64,000 nt of DNA from Glycera tridactyla (lineage: Eukaryota). Below are positions 1 to 13,297 of the stretch, piece after piece. Position 1 is the stretch's first letter. Each line of letters begins with the position of its first letter. The stretch is from the NCBI GenBank assembly GCA_965644265.1, contig OZ286465.1:70804001-70868000 (forward strand), written 5' to 3'. The notes beneath the pieces are model-generated. The model was given only the letters and a program-made list of their open reading frames with translations, ran no database searches and had not been told where the DNA came from. The position numbers were made by a program, and so were the translations under genes.

Positions 1-204
1 CCAGAAACTGTGCTATCTACTACTTGTGTGATCATTGGATATCTGGTATTAAAAGCAAAGGGTATAAGAGTGTCAGTTTGCCTTCCTTGTATTCAATCAA
101 TGATTTTCAAACCAGGTCTTTCACAACCGATCAAGACTTTTAACATCAACCAATTAGGGGTTTTCATAATGTTTCCTCACAATCCATCATGGCATTTCAC
201 ATTT

Positions 205-319
205 CAAGGGAAGCTTTTCTATTTGACACAGTCAAATATACCTCCGACAAGAGACCACCTCCTTTGAGAGACTGCTTTCAGGTGACATTCAGGGCGGTCT
301 CTCATTTCAGGTTTCACTG
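205..319. mobile_element. MITE family A, partial
   Basis: Central palindrome plus right end CAGGTTTCACTG-TA. Confidence 0.7.
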
Positions 320-1965
320 TATAACTCTATACAAACTCTGCGCTCTATCTCGGCAAACTCTGATCAGATTTCCATGATCTAAAATCCAAATTAATCAGCA
401 TTAAATGCTTTTTCATGTAATATACAAGGATTACTGCACTTGTGATTGGAAACATGGAAACCTGCGGATCCATGGAACAATCCCATCTCTGAGTCATTCA
501 GGTTTTTATGCATCTGAATAATTGATCTCTGGCACCCGCTAATTCAATTAAGAATACCACCTGGTACCCGCCTTCTCGCCATGATATTCTCATCTTGACT
601 GAATGTTTTGTATCAGTAACTCAGACACCTCTGATTATGGACTGACAGTCAGAAGTATTTTCTAGCGTGAGGTGGTGGCAATAAAAATTGCCAAGTGAGA
701 AATTGGCAGTTGGTGAATATCAAGCGAATGCTCAGTGAAATGAATTTGTGTGTAAATTAGGCATAAAATCCAAGTCTATTCATCTGCTAATTTTTCTGTA
801 CCAATGCCAGAGAGATAACAGGCAGAAATTGGGTCAAAGTTCGGTTTTACTGGCGATAAAATCTATTGAGCATGTCTGAGAACCAGGTAAGGGTCCAATC
901 GTAACAGATTTGACACAGCAAATGAGTGAAACAGTATCATCCACATGAAACACCTGATGAATTTTACTTCAAGAATTCAATATGTTCAAATAAAGGAATT
1001 TCAGCTCGAAAATTTCTGAAAAGTGGCGGAAACTATAAATCATCACACCCCTCTAAGAAAAACCATGTTGAGAGATAGAAGTTCAACTGTAATCAGTAAA
1101 TGACTACTGGTTTTTTTTTTATCTAGACCAGCAGTGAGATTTTTCACAACTATCTGATAGCAGTCTACAATCCAGAAATGAAAATCTACCATTGACTCCC
1201 ATTTCCCATACCTAATGGAACCGGAAATGTTTATAAAACAAAATTAAAGGAGAGAATCATGGGGAAATTGGTGGCCTAATATCACTCAGGTGGCTATTGA
1301 CATTCACAAATCGTTCCAGTCACCAGATTGCTTTTGTAAGATAATCCTTCAAATGCTGATATTTCCACCTCAAAGATCACATCTGCTGCCATTTTGATGA
1401 GCAACAAATTCACCAAATGGAATCAATAGTCAAATACTACTGATCCAGATTCACATGATAAAATCCCAGCTCTCCATTTCATCCAGACAAGAATGGACAA
1501 CAGGACATCCTATGCAGATATTTCATATATTTTTCAGCATAAAGGTAAAAATATTGGGAATAACAAGGCAGGCTAAGATGTCGGCAGAATACGTGGCTGT
1601 AACGATGACATATCACAAAGGATGAGTCACATCTATTCCACCTGTCAATAGTAGGCTTGAAATAGTAACAGATAAATATAGAGATCTACCAGTAACAATA
1701 TATCCCAGGCAATCAACAGACACCGGATGCTCTTCCTGAGCCGATTCAATGCAGTTATTTTGTTGCTGAAGCCAAAAGCTCAGGTCTCCAGAGTATCACA
1801 GTGCAAATTTCCTGTAACTACCTCCCTATACTTCCAAAAGCATCACATTTGGAACTTTCAGCCAGATTCCATAAACCTTTGTTTTTGTATTTCATGACAA
1901 ATTTCCTGAAAACTTGCATCACTGTACTTGTTCTCATCTACTCCCAAGATTTTCTTCGGTATTTG

Positions 1966-2513
1966 CAGGGCGCGAAGAGATAGCCTCCCGAACGCCCCGG
2001 GCGTGTCGAAATCGCTGTCGGGCGGGTGAATTTCAAAGTTACACGTCTTTTTCGGGCGGGCTCTTTTGGCCATATTTCTGTTGGATCGCATCTAAAAGTC
2101 GCAAAAACGAAGTTTATTTGTCAAATTCGCTGTCGAGTTTCGTCACTTTCGAGAAGACCCAGCACCATCTTTAACGCTGGAGGTGATAAAGAACTGACAC
2201 AGATATCTGTCGCGGTTCCTGATTGGCCAGATCGCCGAAATCGCGTCAAATTCCACCAATCAGCGACCTGCTTTCATGGATCTCTCGTCGCGAGATGTCA
2301 ACAATGTGCGCAGAAGACGATTTCCAAGCATCTGCGCAGGTTTCGGAACCACGAGGAAGCCGGTCGTACGAATGAATTTATCACGTTTCACGTGTTTTCT
2401 ACGGACATTTTGCGCATATATGCGAGTATTTCCTCGATCCAGTTGGTATTCATGTACGGGCGGGTTATTTTTCGTGGTGGGCGGGTGACTTTTTCTGATG
2501 TCTTCGCGCCCTG
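1966..2513. mobile_element. 548-bp CpG-rich non-autonomous DNA transposon with 5-bp TSD (hAT5-like)
   Basis: Perfect 13-bp TIR CAGGGCGCGAAGA / TCTTCGCGCCCTG. TSD ATTTG at 1961-1965 and 2514-2518. Repeated GGGCGGG subterminal motifs. Confidence 0.85.
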
Positions 2514-4346
2514 ATTTGTAATTGTATTTGTATAGTATGGTATTGTTTGCCGAGATTCATGAGATATTAATCATTTTCCATCAGGTGTGGTACTCGTCTG
2601 ATTGTATGTAACAGGCAAGTGATGTCAGATTCTCACCTGCCATTCCCTGCTTCCAGGTCTCCTTACAAGGATCTGTCTGAGCCTGGAATCAAAGTAATAT
2701 TTGTCTGCAGGGATTCATGAGTTAATATTCATATTTCAGCACACCATTGAGAGATCATGATTACCATGATGGTCTCCAACTTCCTACTTGTCTGATTGGA
2801 GAAATTTTCCCCTACTGAACTGATTGAGTACCTTCAGAGTACATCCATTTTCATGCAGTCTGAAACATGTACATACTGAAATCATGTATGCCCTCCAGCC
2901 ACCACACTAATCACTGAATGTGTGCCTTCTGGAGATACAAGGCAACATATTTCAGCAATGAGGGGAAACTACATTCTGAGCCAATTCTAAATTTGAGGCT
3001 TTTCAACAACCATGGACCATATTCATAACATTTTCATTGTCTCTTTCAACTAGGAGGTAGAATTCAAAATGCATCAACTTTGACCGATTCCAAGATATGG
3101 AACACTTTCCTCCAACACGCATTTAAATATACAATATTCTCTAAAGATTTGTTGGGAGTGGGGTTGAAATAGCCACCGAAAACCCAAAGCCGTGCTGTTT
3201 CTTGACATGTTTAACTCTCGTCATCTGGAGAAAAGAAAGAGAGGGCAACACCAAAGAGGTTTTGGGCCCAGTGAATAGTGGACAAGGTGGAGTTATGAAT
3301 GAGGATCCAAGCCGATACACTGGGATCACCAAATATGGAAACAAATCATGAGAAAAAATATGACATCACACTCATCCAGCACAATGTCATCTCAGGATGC
3401 ATTTCGTTTACATCGCATAGCGATCTATTTACGTCGCTGGGAAACCGGCGACATTGATGACGTAGGTGAACCGGTCACGAGAGAACCGCCGGTTGCATGA
3501 AAATTCAGTTTTCACCTTGCTGTCGTGCCACGTAGACATGTGTAAGAAGCCCCCATCCCCCACCTGTGCTAAAGACTAAGGATGCATTCCATGCACGGTG
3601 CCCGCCCACCTGCTGTTCTGCAACTTGTCAGCAGAGGACAAGTGCAATTTCCCTAACAATGACATCCTCATGATAATTGCCCGGATCATAATATAGGTAG
3701 TTACAGACACCTCTGCAGGTGGATCTAAACACCAATTCACCTGTAGCCACTCCTCCCCATCTCTCTATGATATGATGGCTCGATTATCCATCACTTTTTT
3801 GTCGCATCCCTAACACAAGTGCTCATCCCATTCTTTTGTTGGAATCAGCTCTATGATATGCAGTAAACCAGGAAACCAGCGACCACTATAAAGTCAACAC
3901 GTGGTCTTGGAAGAGAGGTGCTCTCCTATCTGAGGTATACAGTTGAACCTGCTGCATCGACCATGTCTACACAAATAAGCTAACTGCCCATGAAGACCAC
4001 CCAGAGCAGTGACTGCATCAGTTTTAATTCAGTAAATCACCTATCCACACAGACCACCTGTTGGCATGACCAAGGATGGCTGTAGATAGGTTTGCCTCTA
4101 TTTGACTATGTCACTGAAAAAAACTGCCCTGAAAAAGCAGGTTGGTGTCTAATCTGGGGTCTTTCACTATGGGTTCCTAGATGGCGTATGTTGATCACAC
4201 TTGAAGAACAAATAACTCAGGTTCATAGGGCAGGACACAATCGGGCTATTTACAGAACTCACTCACTCAACCCTCCAAGAGCAAAGGAATTGAGCACATC
4301 TCATCAAATAAATGCCTGTATCACTCTGACATTTTGACTGCTCCTA

Positions 4347-4569
4347 CCGTATATTGCCGTATACACGCGCATACCCTATTAAACGCGCACCCCTGATTTA
4401 CCTCAACAAGAATCTCAACTTATCAGTATTTCATGCTTTCTGAAGCAGTTTTTCTAGTGCTAGAATGTCACTTTTCTTTGAAAATTGAATACACGCGCAC
4501 TCCCGGAATACACGCGCACAATATTCGCTCTTGCCCTCGCGCAATGCGCGTGTATTTGGCGAGATACGG
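4347..4569. mobile_element. Tc2/pogo-like MITE, copy 1 (223 bp)
   Basis: TA flanks. TIR-like ends CCGTATATTGCCG...TACACGCGCA / TGCGCGTGTATTTGGCGAGATACGG. Inverted homolog at 62015-62237. Confidence 0.85.
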
Positions 4570-5311
4570 TAATAAACTCTGAACATTCAAACTTCTCTAA
4601 CTCATTAGCCAACAAAATCCCTCGAATGCCCTTTGCGAATCCTGGGCTCCTCTGATGTGTTTTTTTTCTTCTTTTTTTCAGATTTAAGGTGGCCTCACTT
4701 CCGATTTCACTCAGTATGCAAATTACATGGCCACTACATCAGTCCTCTCTTCTACAAACTAGGATATCAACTCTGAGAACCCTTCCCTAACCAACTGAGC
4801 TCTGCCAAGGCTTCAACAATCATTTTGTAAAGAGATACATCTAATATAACCTCATCTCAAAACTGTGAATGAAATATCTCATAAAAAAGGTATCATGATT
4901 GAATTTACTTTTGGAAAGTTTCAGGATTTCCAGAATTGGTGACATTTGAATAGGGAGTAAGAATAGTTCTCTGACTGATTTGAGGTGCTTTGTGGTCTTT
5001 TCAGGGGCCCTTTGCTCAGCAAAGAGGGATAATTGCGAACATGCCCCTCGATGCAACTCTATCGGGCATGTATCAACCCAGAGGATTATGTATTGCATGT
5101 GTTCCTGATGCTGTTCCCTGCAAGCATCACTTTAACAACCCCTGAACACAAAATGATGGGAACCAGAAGTGATGTCAAATAGAAGTAGGTATCACTTCAG
5201 ACAGACCTCTACTCGTCTAGCGTGAGCATGCAGAACCTAAAGATGACATATCCAACTATATCACTAGCTGGAATCCAACACTGACAGCATATTCTTGCTC
5301 ACAAAAATGTA

Positions 5312-5474
5312 CACTGAAACCTGCGAGAAGAGTCCACCTCTGATGAGAGACCACCTTCTTCAGGACAGCCTTTTAATTTGACATAGTCAAATATATCTCT
5401 GACAAGTGACCACCTCTTTTGGAAGGCTGCTTTTTAATGATATTAAGGGCAGTCTCTCGTTGCAGGTTTCACTG
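5312..5474. mobile_element. MITE family A copy
   Basis: TA flanks, same termini and central palindrome. Confidence 0.8.
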
Positions 5475-7152
5475 TACTGTAGTGCAATCCGCGTCCTCTT
5501 CAATAAACTTCACATATCCATGGCAACTCTATAATGAAGCCATATTTGAGAGTATCCGATGTATCCAAGCATGTGAAATATTTGATATGATGTCTATGAT
5601 ATATCCATCAGCAGGCCACAAATATGCCGGACAAGTTACGAGAGCGCCCACTCATCTCTGAACACATGACTGAACTGACAGCTTCATCTAGTGCCTGGAA
5701 ACCGACTAACTGCCAAATACGGGAGAACACATCTGCGCCGGTGCCCACTCACACTCACTGAGTGTACAAACTCCCATTATGGTGAACTTCTGGTAAAGTC
5801 CCGCTAACAATATTACAAAAAGTTAAGCAAATTATTGCAGAATGGACGGGAGGGGATTACAATAGATTAGATGGTTTTTCAAGTAGTCATCCATGGTGAC
5901 AACCAGTACCAATGATTGACATAAACAAGTAAACTTCAAAAGGTATGTATGATTCTGAATCTGACACCAAAGCACACATACACCATTGGGAATCCCGACA
6001 TACCAGACATGATGAGGGAACCACCTCTCATTAGATTAATTGACTAGCTGCACATTTTTCGTTATCCTAGACCAAGAAAGCATCTCAAAGTCAACCTTTT
6101 TCAAGCAGATTGACTGGGGATTGGGGAGACTCACTCAGGATGGTAACTCTCTTATGAAAGACGGTAACTTTCTCATGAAGGATACTAAGTTTCTTGTGAA
6201 GCTGCTGTCACCGAAGGTAGTCTCTCAAAAGAGGTGGTCAGTAAAAGCTGTCCTATAGGAGCAGTCCATTAGTGTGGGCTGGTCGCTCAGAAAAATTTCA
6301 ATACTTCAACACCTGCAACACTAGAGCAACTTGGATGTGACCAAAAAGTGGTCTTTCGGAACAGGTAGTCTCTTGTCAGAGGTGTATTTGCTGATGTCAA
6401 ACAGAAAAGCCACCTCAAAGATACTTTTTCGTCAGGCACGGCTCACCGGATATTCCACAGATTCAATCATAATAACATGGCAACAATCTACAAGGCTTTC
6501 AGGCTGAGGAAAAAGCATGTAAATGAAGTCAAACTTCGGGGAAGGTATTGCTGTTTTCCATATAAACTCCATGGAAACATGTACACGCAACTATAGACAA
6601 ATGTCTTGATGCAGGGCTACATCCAGATTTTCATAAGATGGGGGCATGTGACTCCACAAATTTGAGGAGAGGGGCATTTCTCCACAATATGTCTCGAAAT
6701 GGATTCGTACAATATGGGAAAATGCAACCTTCTTATTGATTTAGGGGGTATTGTGGCCCCTAATTGTTTCAAAAAAGAGGTCAAAATGGCCGCACAACCC
6801 CACACCCCCATGCAACAATGCTGCTGGTCACAGAAGCCTCTCTGTCTGTTCTTCATCTATCTATCGGTGAGAGGCTCGTGAGAGGCTCGCTTGCTCGTGA
6901 GAACAACTTCATAGCCAGGGTCTCACGCAGGCTGCTCACTCTCCTACCATCTGTACTTCACACCAGAACAGAGCCGGCTCATTATGTAGTAGTTACCACC
7001 ATCAATTGACACATTAATCACACTTGACCTGCCACACAGAGATCTACCTTCTCCATCTGGACACAAGGAGAGACAGATTGAGCCGATCTCCTAGAAGACG
7101 TGTTTCATCATCACAGGTCTATTTACATGCACAGAAGGCAGATTTCAATATA

Positions 7153-7330
7153 CAGTCAAACCTACTCTAAAGACCACCTCTCTATAAAGACCACCTGCTC
7201 ATAAAGACCACCCTGAGCTGCAACCATGACAGTATTTTCAACTGTAAATGACCTCTCTATAAAGACCACCTGTCTATAAAGACCACTTTTTGGTGCAACC
7301 GAAGGCGGTCTTTATAGACAGGTTCGACTG
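7153..7330. mobile_element. TA-flanked MITE, family B (178 bp)
   Basis: CAGTCAAACCT / AGGTTCGACTG ends and repeated TAAAGACCACC motifs. Confidence 0.85.
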
Positions 7331-8059
7331 TATGACTTCATTGGCTAGCTTTATGAGATATTTGCTCAGTCTGCGACTTCTAAGAACCCATGTGAAACAT
7401 GTGAAGGAAAAATAATGTACCTGATCAAAATACACACCAAGCATCCATTACACATGTCAGCGTACCAAGGACAGGCTTTTGAAGGTATATTCCAAATATT
7501 CTGGATCATGATATGACATTAATAAATATGGACTACTCCCCATCTTTTCATAAAAATAAACTCTAGGAAAACACTACAGAATACTCACAGTTGCTGAAGG
7601 ATTCTGGGTCTCAACATTCTAGTCTGTAGGATGACTGACTGATGTAGTCTGGCCATGTAATTTGCATACTGAGTGAAACTGAATGTGAGCCAACCTCCCA
7701 TCTCCTTACTGCAGGAATATATTTAGGATATATAGGCCCCGGATCCTCTAAGGCCATTCCAAGGGATCATGCCCACTATCAAGTTTAAATGGCATGAATT
7801 TTCACAGTTGATTATCCCTCTTGGAAGACCTTGACAACCTCAAAATATAGACTGAGCTAGAGAAGTTATACTTCACTGATCATTCCAATTAATGAGGCAA
7901 AGCTTGGCATTAAGACTGGATCTATCAACCAGGGCAAGTTAAATTTGTATCCAGGCAAGTGGATTACAATGCCTACTTGACCAAATGACAAAGTTTGTTA
8001 TAGGGATATGTGCATACTTCAAAAAGGTGGGACTATTGCATTCACTATTCAAACAAGTA

Positions 8060-8213
8060 CAGTCAAACCTGTCTATAAAGATCGATTGCATAATGAGTGG
8101 CCTTTATAGGGAAGTGGTCTTCATAGAAAGGTCATTTACTGTTGAAAATACTATCACAGTCACAGCTCAGGGTGGCCTTCATAGAGAGGTGGTCCTTAGA
8201 GAAGGTTCGACTG
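8060..8213. mobile_element. MITE family B copy, opposite orientation
   Basis: TA flanks, CAGTCAAACCTG / AGGTTCGACTG ends. Confidence 0.8.
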
Positions 8214-10957
8214 TAAATGTCAGTGAGGACTTGTCTAATTGTGCAGGTGAGGTGAAGTCCTGTGCATCAAGTTTTGCTCAGAATGAGAGGCACCCAAAAT
8301 GCACAAGTCTGGTGAAGGATCTGGGCTATGAGTACAACCAATCACGCTTGTTGTAATATCAATCTAATTCGATATTTTGATTATGTCTCCAAAGAATGGG
8401 CATCAGTAAAGGCCATAAATCCTTAATACTTTTCTCCACCCAGTGAAGGCAATGATTGACACAAGTCAATTATATTGGAATCCCTAGGTGAAAGATTGAT
8501 GTTTTCCCATGGAAGGAAACGTAAGTAGGTGATATATCCCTGGAAGTATAGGTAAAATACAAAGACAGATAATGGCTCATTTCTTTCCCATCATTTTTCT
8601 TACACATTAAAATGTGGTATACAATGAAACATGAGCTGAATTATGCCTGTATTCGATACATCCTGCCAGGGTAGATTTTCAGAGGGTAGGGGAAAGCCCC
8701 CTTCCTATTCATCTTCTATTAACCCTTTAAAAAAGCTGACTAGAATTACAGGAAGTATGCATGACTGCTATGAGAGAACCCTAGGCCAGGTCCTAATTGT
8801 ACACCATGTAATGAAATTTGAAGACTTTTGTCCCAAGTACATGATAATTTCACAGAGAAAGACCACCCATCACCGTGACCCCCAAATTCAACAGTTTCAC
8901 TCCCATCTGAAATATTAGAGTCAGGCCTTAATAAACTCTGAGATACAATTTCACTCTAATTTGATATCATAATATATACAGGGATACAACCAAAAACACT
9001 GAAAACCTAACTGGGAGCGCCTATACCCAAACCAAACATGAATGCCCATTGATGTTCTGTGCATGGCTCACTGTTTATGAGCAAAAACACAGAAATGCGC
9101 AGAACAATCACATCCCTGTATACAGAGATATAGGCATTGAAACATTTTTGAATAAATCCTACTTCTTCCATGCACTCTAAATGAGTGAGAACTCATCACT
9201 AACATCACTGATGAGTCCCTGAAATGCAAGAGGAAACTGCCAGTTCCCTTGTACTTATCATTTGAGATGATGATGAGGCAGGAACTTTCCATGATTTTGT
9301 AGGGCTTTCAAAGGCTAAAACAGCCTGATTGTTTCATTGGATTGTCTCAGTATCACTATTTATGCAGGAGATACTTCATGGATATGTCCAAAAAGTAAAT
9401 TTCATCAGAAATCCATCGATTTTCATGGCAAATATCAACAAGTGGTAGGCACTTTCTAGGGATGAATACAGTGCAGTTTTTGAATTCAAGGCTTTTTTTC
9501 ATGTTTCAAGGGCCCTGGAAACCCTGTTTGGGAATTTTTCATGTTTACCACATATTGCCAATTGGGTGGTCAGTTGTTTCCATCAGTGGCGGGTTACATA
9601 GAGCCTCTAATGGGTATCCAGTGACGTAAAATATAGAATTGACATCGTAAACTCCCATGCAAATCACTACAGTAGATCCACAGAACGACGACACAGGTAT
9701 GAGACTGAGCAGGTAAATTGTGTAACTAAATCCATGGTTGATTCCAATTGCCGGCTTACATGAGATATATGTTATCCGAGGAGAATCTCGCAACAAATCT
9801 TCAACACGATACTGGATTCACGCCCCCTTCTATTACCCTAACTGTTATATCCATGTATGGCGGGTGAACTTGAAGTGCGAAATTCAGGATCGATTTGAGT
9901 AAAAATCGAAGTACGAACTCCAAATGTGCATCTCTATCCACTTGCTTCTGAAATGGTTTCCATGGGTAGTGTGATAGAGGGAGGATACGATGATGGACTG
10001 CCCCCCCCCCCCTCCCCCCCTTCTCACTTGGCACGTTGCTTCACTCCACTCCACTCAGAGAGAGCTGTGTACATATACTCGCGCCATGTCCCAAGCCCCA
10101 GCCTAGCATGTCAACTATGTGACCACAAGCTAGTCCTCCGGACTGACTGTATACATAAGTAGTAGATGACAACAAACTTTGAAGTCAAGCCTCGTACTTG
10201 AGGGGGGGGGGGGGGGGGGGATATTTCACCAGAGTAAACTCATCCCATAACAGTCACTTGGCAAACTCACTTGTGACAGTTTTTTGGCATTTACAACATC
10301 AACTAACAAATTCTACATCCACCTACAGTTTTATGAATTATCCCTCAGCCCACATTCGTAACATCAAACAAGGGCATAGCCTATTGGGGTCCTTCTTGCC
10401 CCCAGGGACATGCACACAACTGTCATTCCCAGGTTTTCTTAGCATAAGTGCTTCCAATACCAGGTGAGATCAACTCTCTCAAGCTGTAGCCCTGCTGAGA
10501 ACAAATCAACCACAGGTTCTGATTTCGGATTGAATTCCATTCTGTCTGCTTGATGAATCAGTGATTCACCTGACCTCGACCAGGGCATCATCAGGCTACC
10601 GATGCGCACCTGAATTCACCTCCTACAGTTTCACATCCTACTGTTCCCTTTCAAATCCTCATGACCTTCATTTAACCATGAGACTTTGAGACAATGTGTA
10701 GATATTCAATTCTGAATAGAGCTCGCTTATCTTACGGGAGAGATTCTTCATGTGATCAATGGAGTGAACTCATGGAAATATCCGAAAGACATTGACTAGA
10801 CAGAAAGATTGGCTGTGGTGGTCTAGCAATACTCTTCAATTCAGAAGTGAGGTAAAAGCAGAAGGAGAGGTTGAGAAAGAAGGGGGAAAGAAGAAGATAA
10901 AGGAAGAGCTGGAGGGATAAGAGAGAACAAAAAGAAGGAGGAGAAGAAGAAATAGAT

Positions 10958-11005
10958 GAAGAAGAAGAAGAAGAAGAAGAAGAAGAAGAAGAAGAAGAAG
11001 AAGAA
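10958..11005 (+). repeat. (GAA)16 microsatellite in a purine-rich tract
   Basis: Direct reading. Confidence 0.95.
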
Positions 11006-11205
11006 GCAACAGTAAAAGCAACAGCAGGGATGGTTACAGCAGCTACTGCAGGTGATACTACTTTGCAACAAAAAGGCAAATGGAGAAAAACTATGTCCAA
11101 GTCCCAGGTGTGTGATGAATACAACAGAATGCAATCAATACTCAAGTAAAGTGCCTCTGCAATTAGGCTTTGGCTTTTTCAAAAAGACACATCAATTTAC
11201 AAATA

Positions 11206-11274
11206 CAGTCAAACCTGTCTGTAAATACCACCCATGGTCACACTGGAAAGAGGTCTCTCGAGTAGGATCGACTG
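11206..11274. mobile_element. MITE family B, internally deleted (69 bp)
   Basis: TA flanks and both termini retained. Confidence 0.7.
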
Positions 11275-12719
11275 TACAATAATTTTAACAAGATAGATTA
11301 TTGGTATTTTGAAGTTTATTCTGGAAGAACATCCATCCGAGAAGTCGATGAATATCATGAGCAAAACATTCAAACAAATGACCCAATATGATGGTTGATT
11401 ATCCATCAAAACTAAAATATAAATATAAAATATCCATGGCGATGCTGACAATGATCCAAATTTGATCGCTGGAGGGGATCTTGTGGGAGAGGGGCAGGGG
11501 TGATATATTCACTGGGTTACCAGTTCAATGCAAGGGGTGATGCTGGGAAATACTGAGGGAAGGGCACTCAAGCAGATACCATGATGGACAGGTGAGAATT
11601 GCTGGAGGGGGATAGGCATTGTTCCCGAGTGATGGACCCGCGAAAGTGAGTGGGTGACCATTACGGTTCTTGTACACCTGGACACATAAATCTCTCCGTA
11701 ATCATCAGACCAACCCGCTATGAATAAATGACCCTGCCACAAATACAGACAGTGACAATGAAACTCACAATGTACCAGCCAATGTTTGACCTTGACCTTC
11801 AGATCACATCAGAATGCATTTGCTAGATTCAACACCAGAGTGCATCCCGTGCAGTTGATCCAAATGTGAAAAATGTTCAACAGTGTAACATAAAGAGTAG
11901 ACAAAGCGTGAGCAATTAAATTTCAGATGACAGTGACAGTTTTTTTGTTTGGTCATAACCTGAGAAAACAATCCATATTTTGTGGTCGCCTCTGCATGAG
12001 TTCCTTCATGCAACTGTGAGCTGAATTCAAAACGAACACAGGATATATTCAGTACAGAAGTTTTATGATTGGCTTCAATGTCCCATGACCTAAATAACAG
12101 ACACATTGATTCATTCTTTCATTCACTCCTTCATTCACTCCTTCATCCACCCATCTGTCCATCCATCCATTTTCCCATCATCCATCTGTCTATTCTTCTG
12201 TCCATCCATCCTTTCATCCATCTGTCTATTCTTCTGTCCATCCATCCATCTACCCTATCCATAGATTCACATAAAGGTAATCATACTGAAAGACAAAATA
12301 TTCTTTGACATTTTCAGCAGATTAAACGGCTAAAAGGTTAAGGAGTAAGAACAATGCATCCCTCTATATGCACCAAACCAGTCTATCATTGCATTGTTAC
12401 CATGACACAGGTATCACTATAATCAACCTGAAGTGAGCACATAGAGGTGTAGGTGGGTGTGAGTGTGTGTGTGTGTGTGTGAGGGGGGGGGGAGGGTTGA
12501 CCATGCATGATAAATAGCAAATAGCCAGACCTAATCCTCCATTCTGTTTTTTCACCCGATGTGTCATAGCAACTGAATGACACCCACGAAAAGGTTGTAA
12601 CCTTACCCTCTGGTATTTCACCCATATGAATACCAACAGCTTGCTGATAGAGGAAACGGGACAATATTAGCTGTGCAGGTATTCATTGTGACCGCCACTG
12701 GACCACAAGCAGTAGAGGG

Positions 12720-12848
12720 NNNNNNNNNNNNNNNNNNNNNNNNNNNNNNNNNNNNNNNNNNNNNNNNNNNNNNNNNNNNNNNNNNNNNNNNNNNNNNNNN
12801 NNNNNNNNNNNNNNNNNNNNNNNNNNNNNNNNNNNNNNNNNNNNNNNN
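12720..12848. other. N-run (gap or masking), 129 nt
   Basis: Direct reading. Confidence 0.98.
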
Positions 12849-13144
12849 ACACGTGGGGTGTCACCACATAGCTTTCACATGAGTGACATTCTTTATGAAA
12901 CTCAAACATCACTTTCAGAGGAGACCCCTGGTGCTAGTGACCATCCCTCATGACAGACCACCCTCTAAGCTTCAGCAAAACATCTCAATATATCAGCATA
13001 TTTGATAGACTTTGAAATATATCTACAAAGACCACCCCTGGTCATGTGAAAAACTGGCATTTGTAGACGGCATTGTTTTAGCCAGAGGTTTTTTCAGACA
13101 CCACAAATTCCAAAGTGGACACTTAAATTCTGTCATATTCATGA

Positions 13145-13297
13145 AGTGAATGAAGGTTGGGAGCCCACTTTTGAGAAACTGCTTTTTATCGATTCTGTTC
13201 TATTTGACATATTCAGATATACCTCAGATGAGACCACCTGTCTTATGAGACTGCTATGTTTGGCATTTGGGCCGGTCTCCCAAGACAGGCTTCACTG
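13145..13297. mobile_element. MITE family A, diverged
   Basis: TTTGACATATTCAG core and CAGGCTTCACTG-TA right end. Confidence 0.6.

Noticed and set aside
3141-3224. PDZ-like GFGF motif in MTRVKHVKKQHGFGFSVAIS
   Set aside because: Only the phase-0 frame reads this way, it stops after 27 codons, lacks the rest of a PDZ fold, and would precede the unseen WW2 exon.
9200-9250. Hammerhead ribozyme (CTGATGAG...GAAAC), also at 29934 and 50245
   Set aside because: No stem II closes between CUGAUGA and GAAA and no stems I/III were found. The motif is one arm of a repeat-family hairpin.
10756-11145. ORFs with poly-S, poly-L and poly-F
   Set aside because: Artefacts of the (GAA)n tract. The opposite-strand poly-E frame has several stops.
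11509-11742. WW-like exon (AGWSDDYGEIYV)
   Set aside because: Motif spacing does not fit a WW domain, and the phase-1 frame required after the 19065 exon stops within a few codons.
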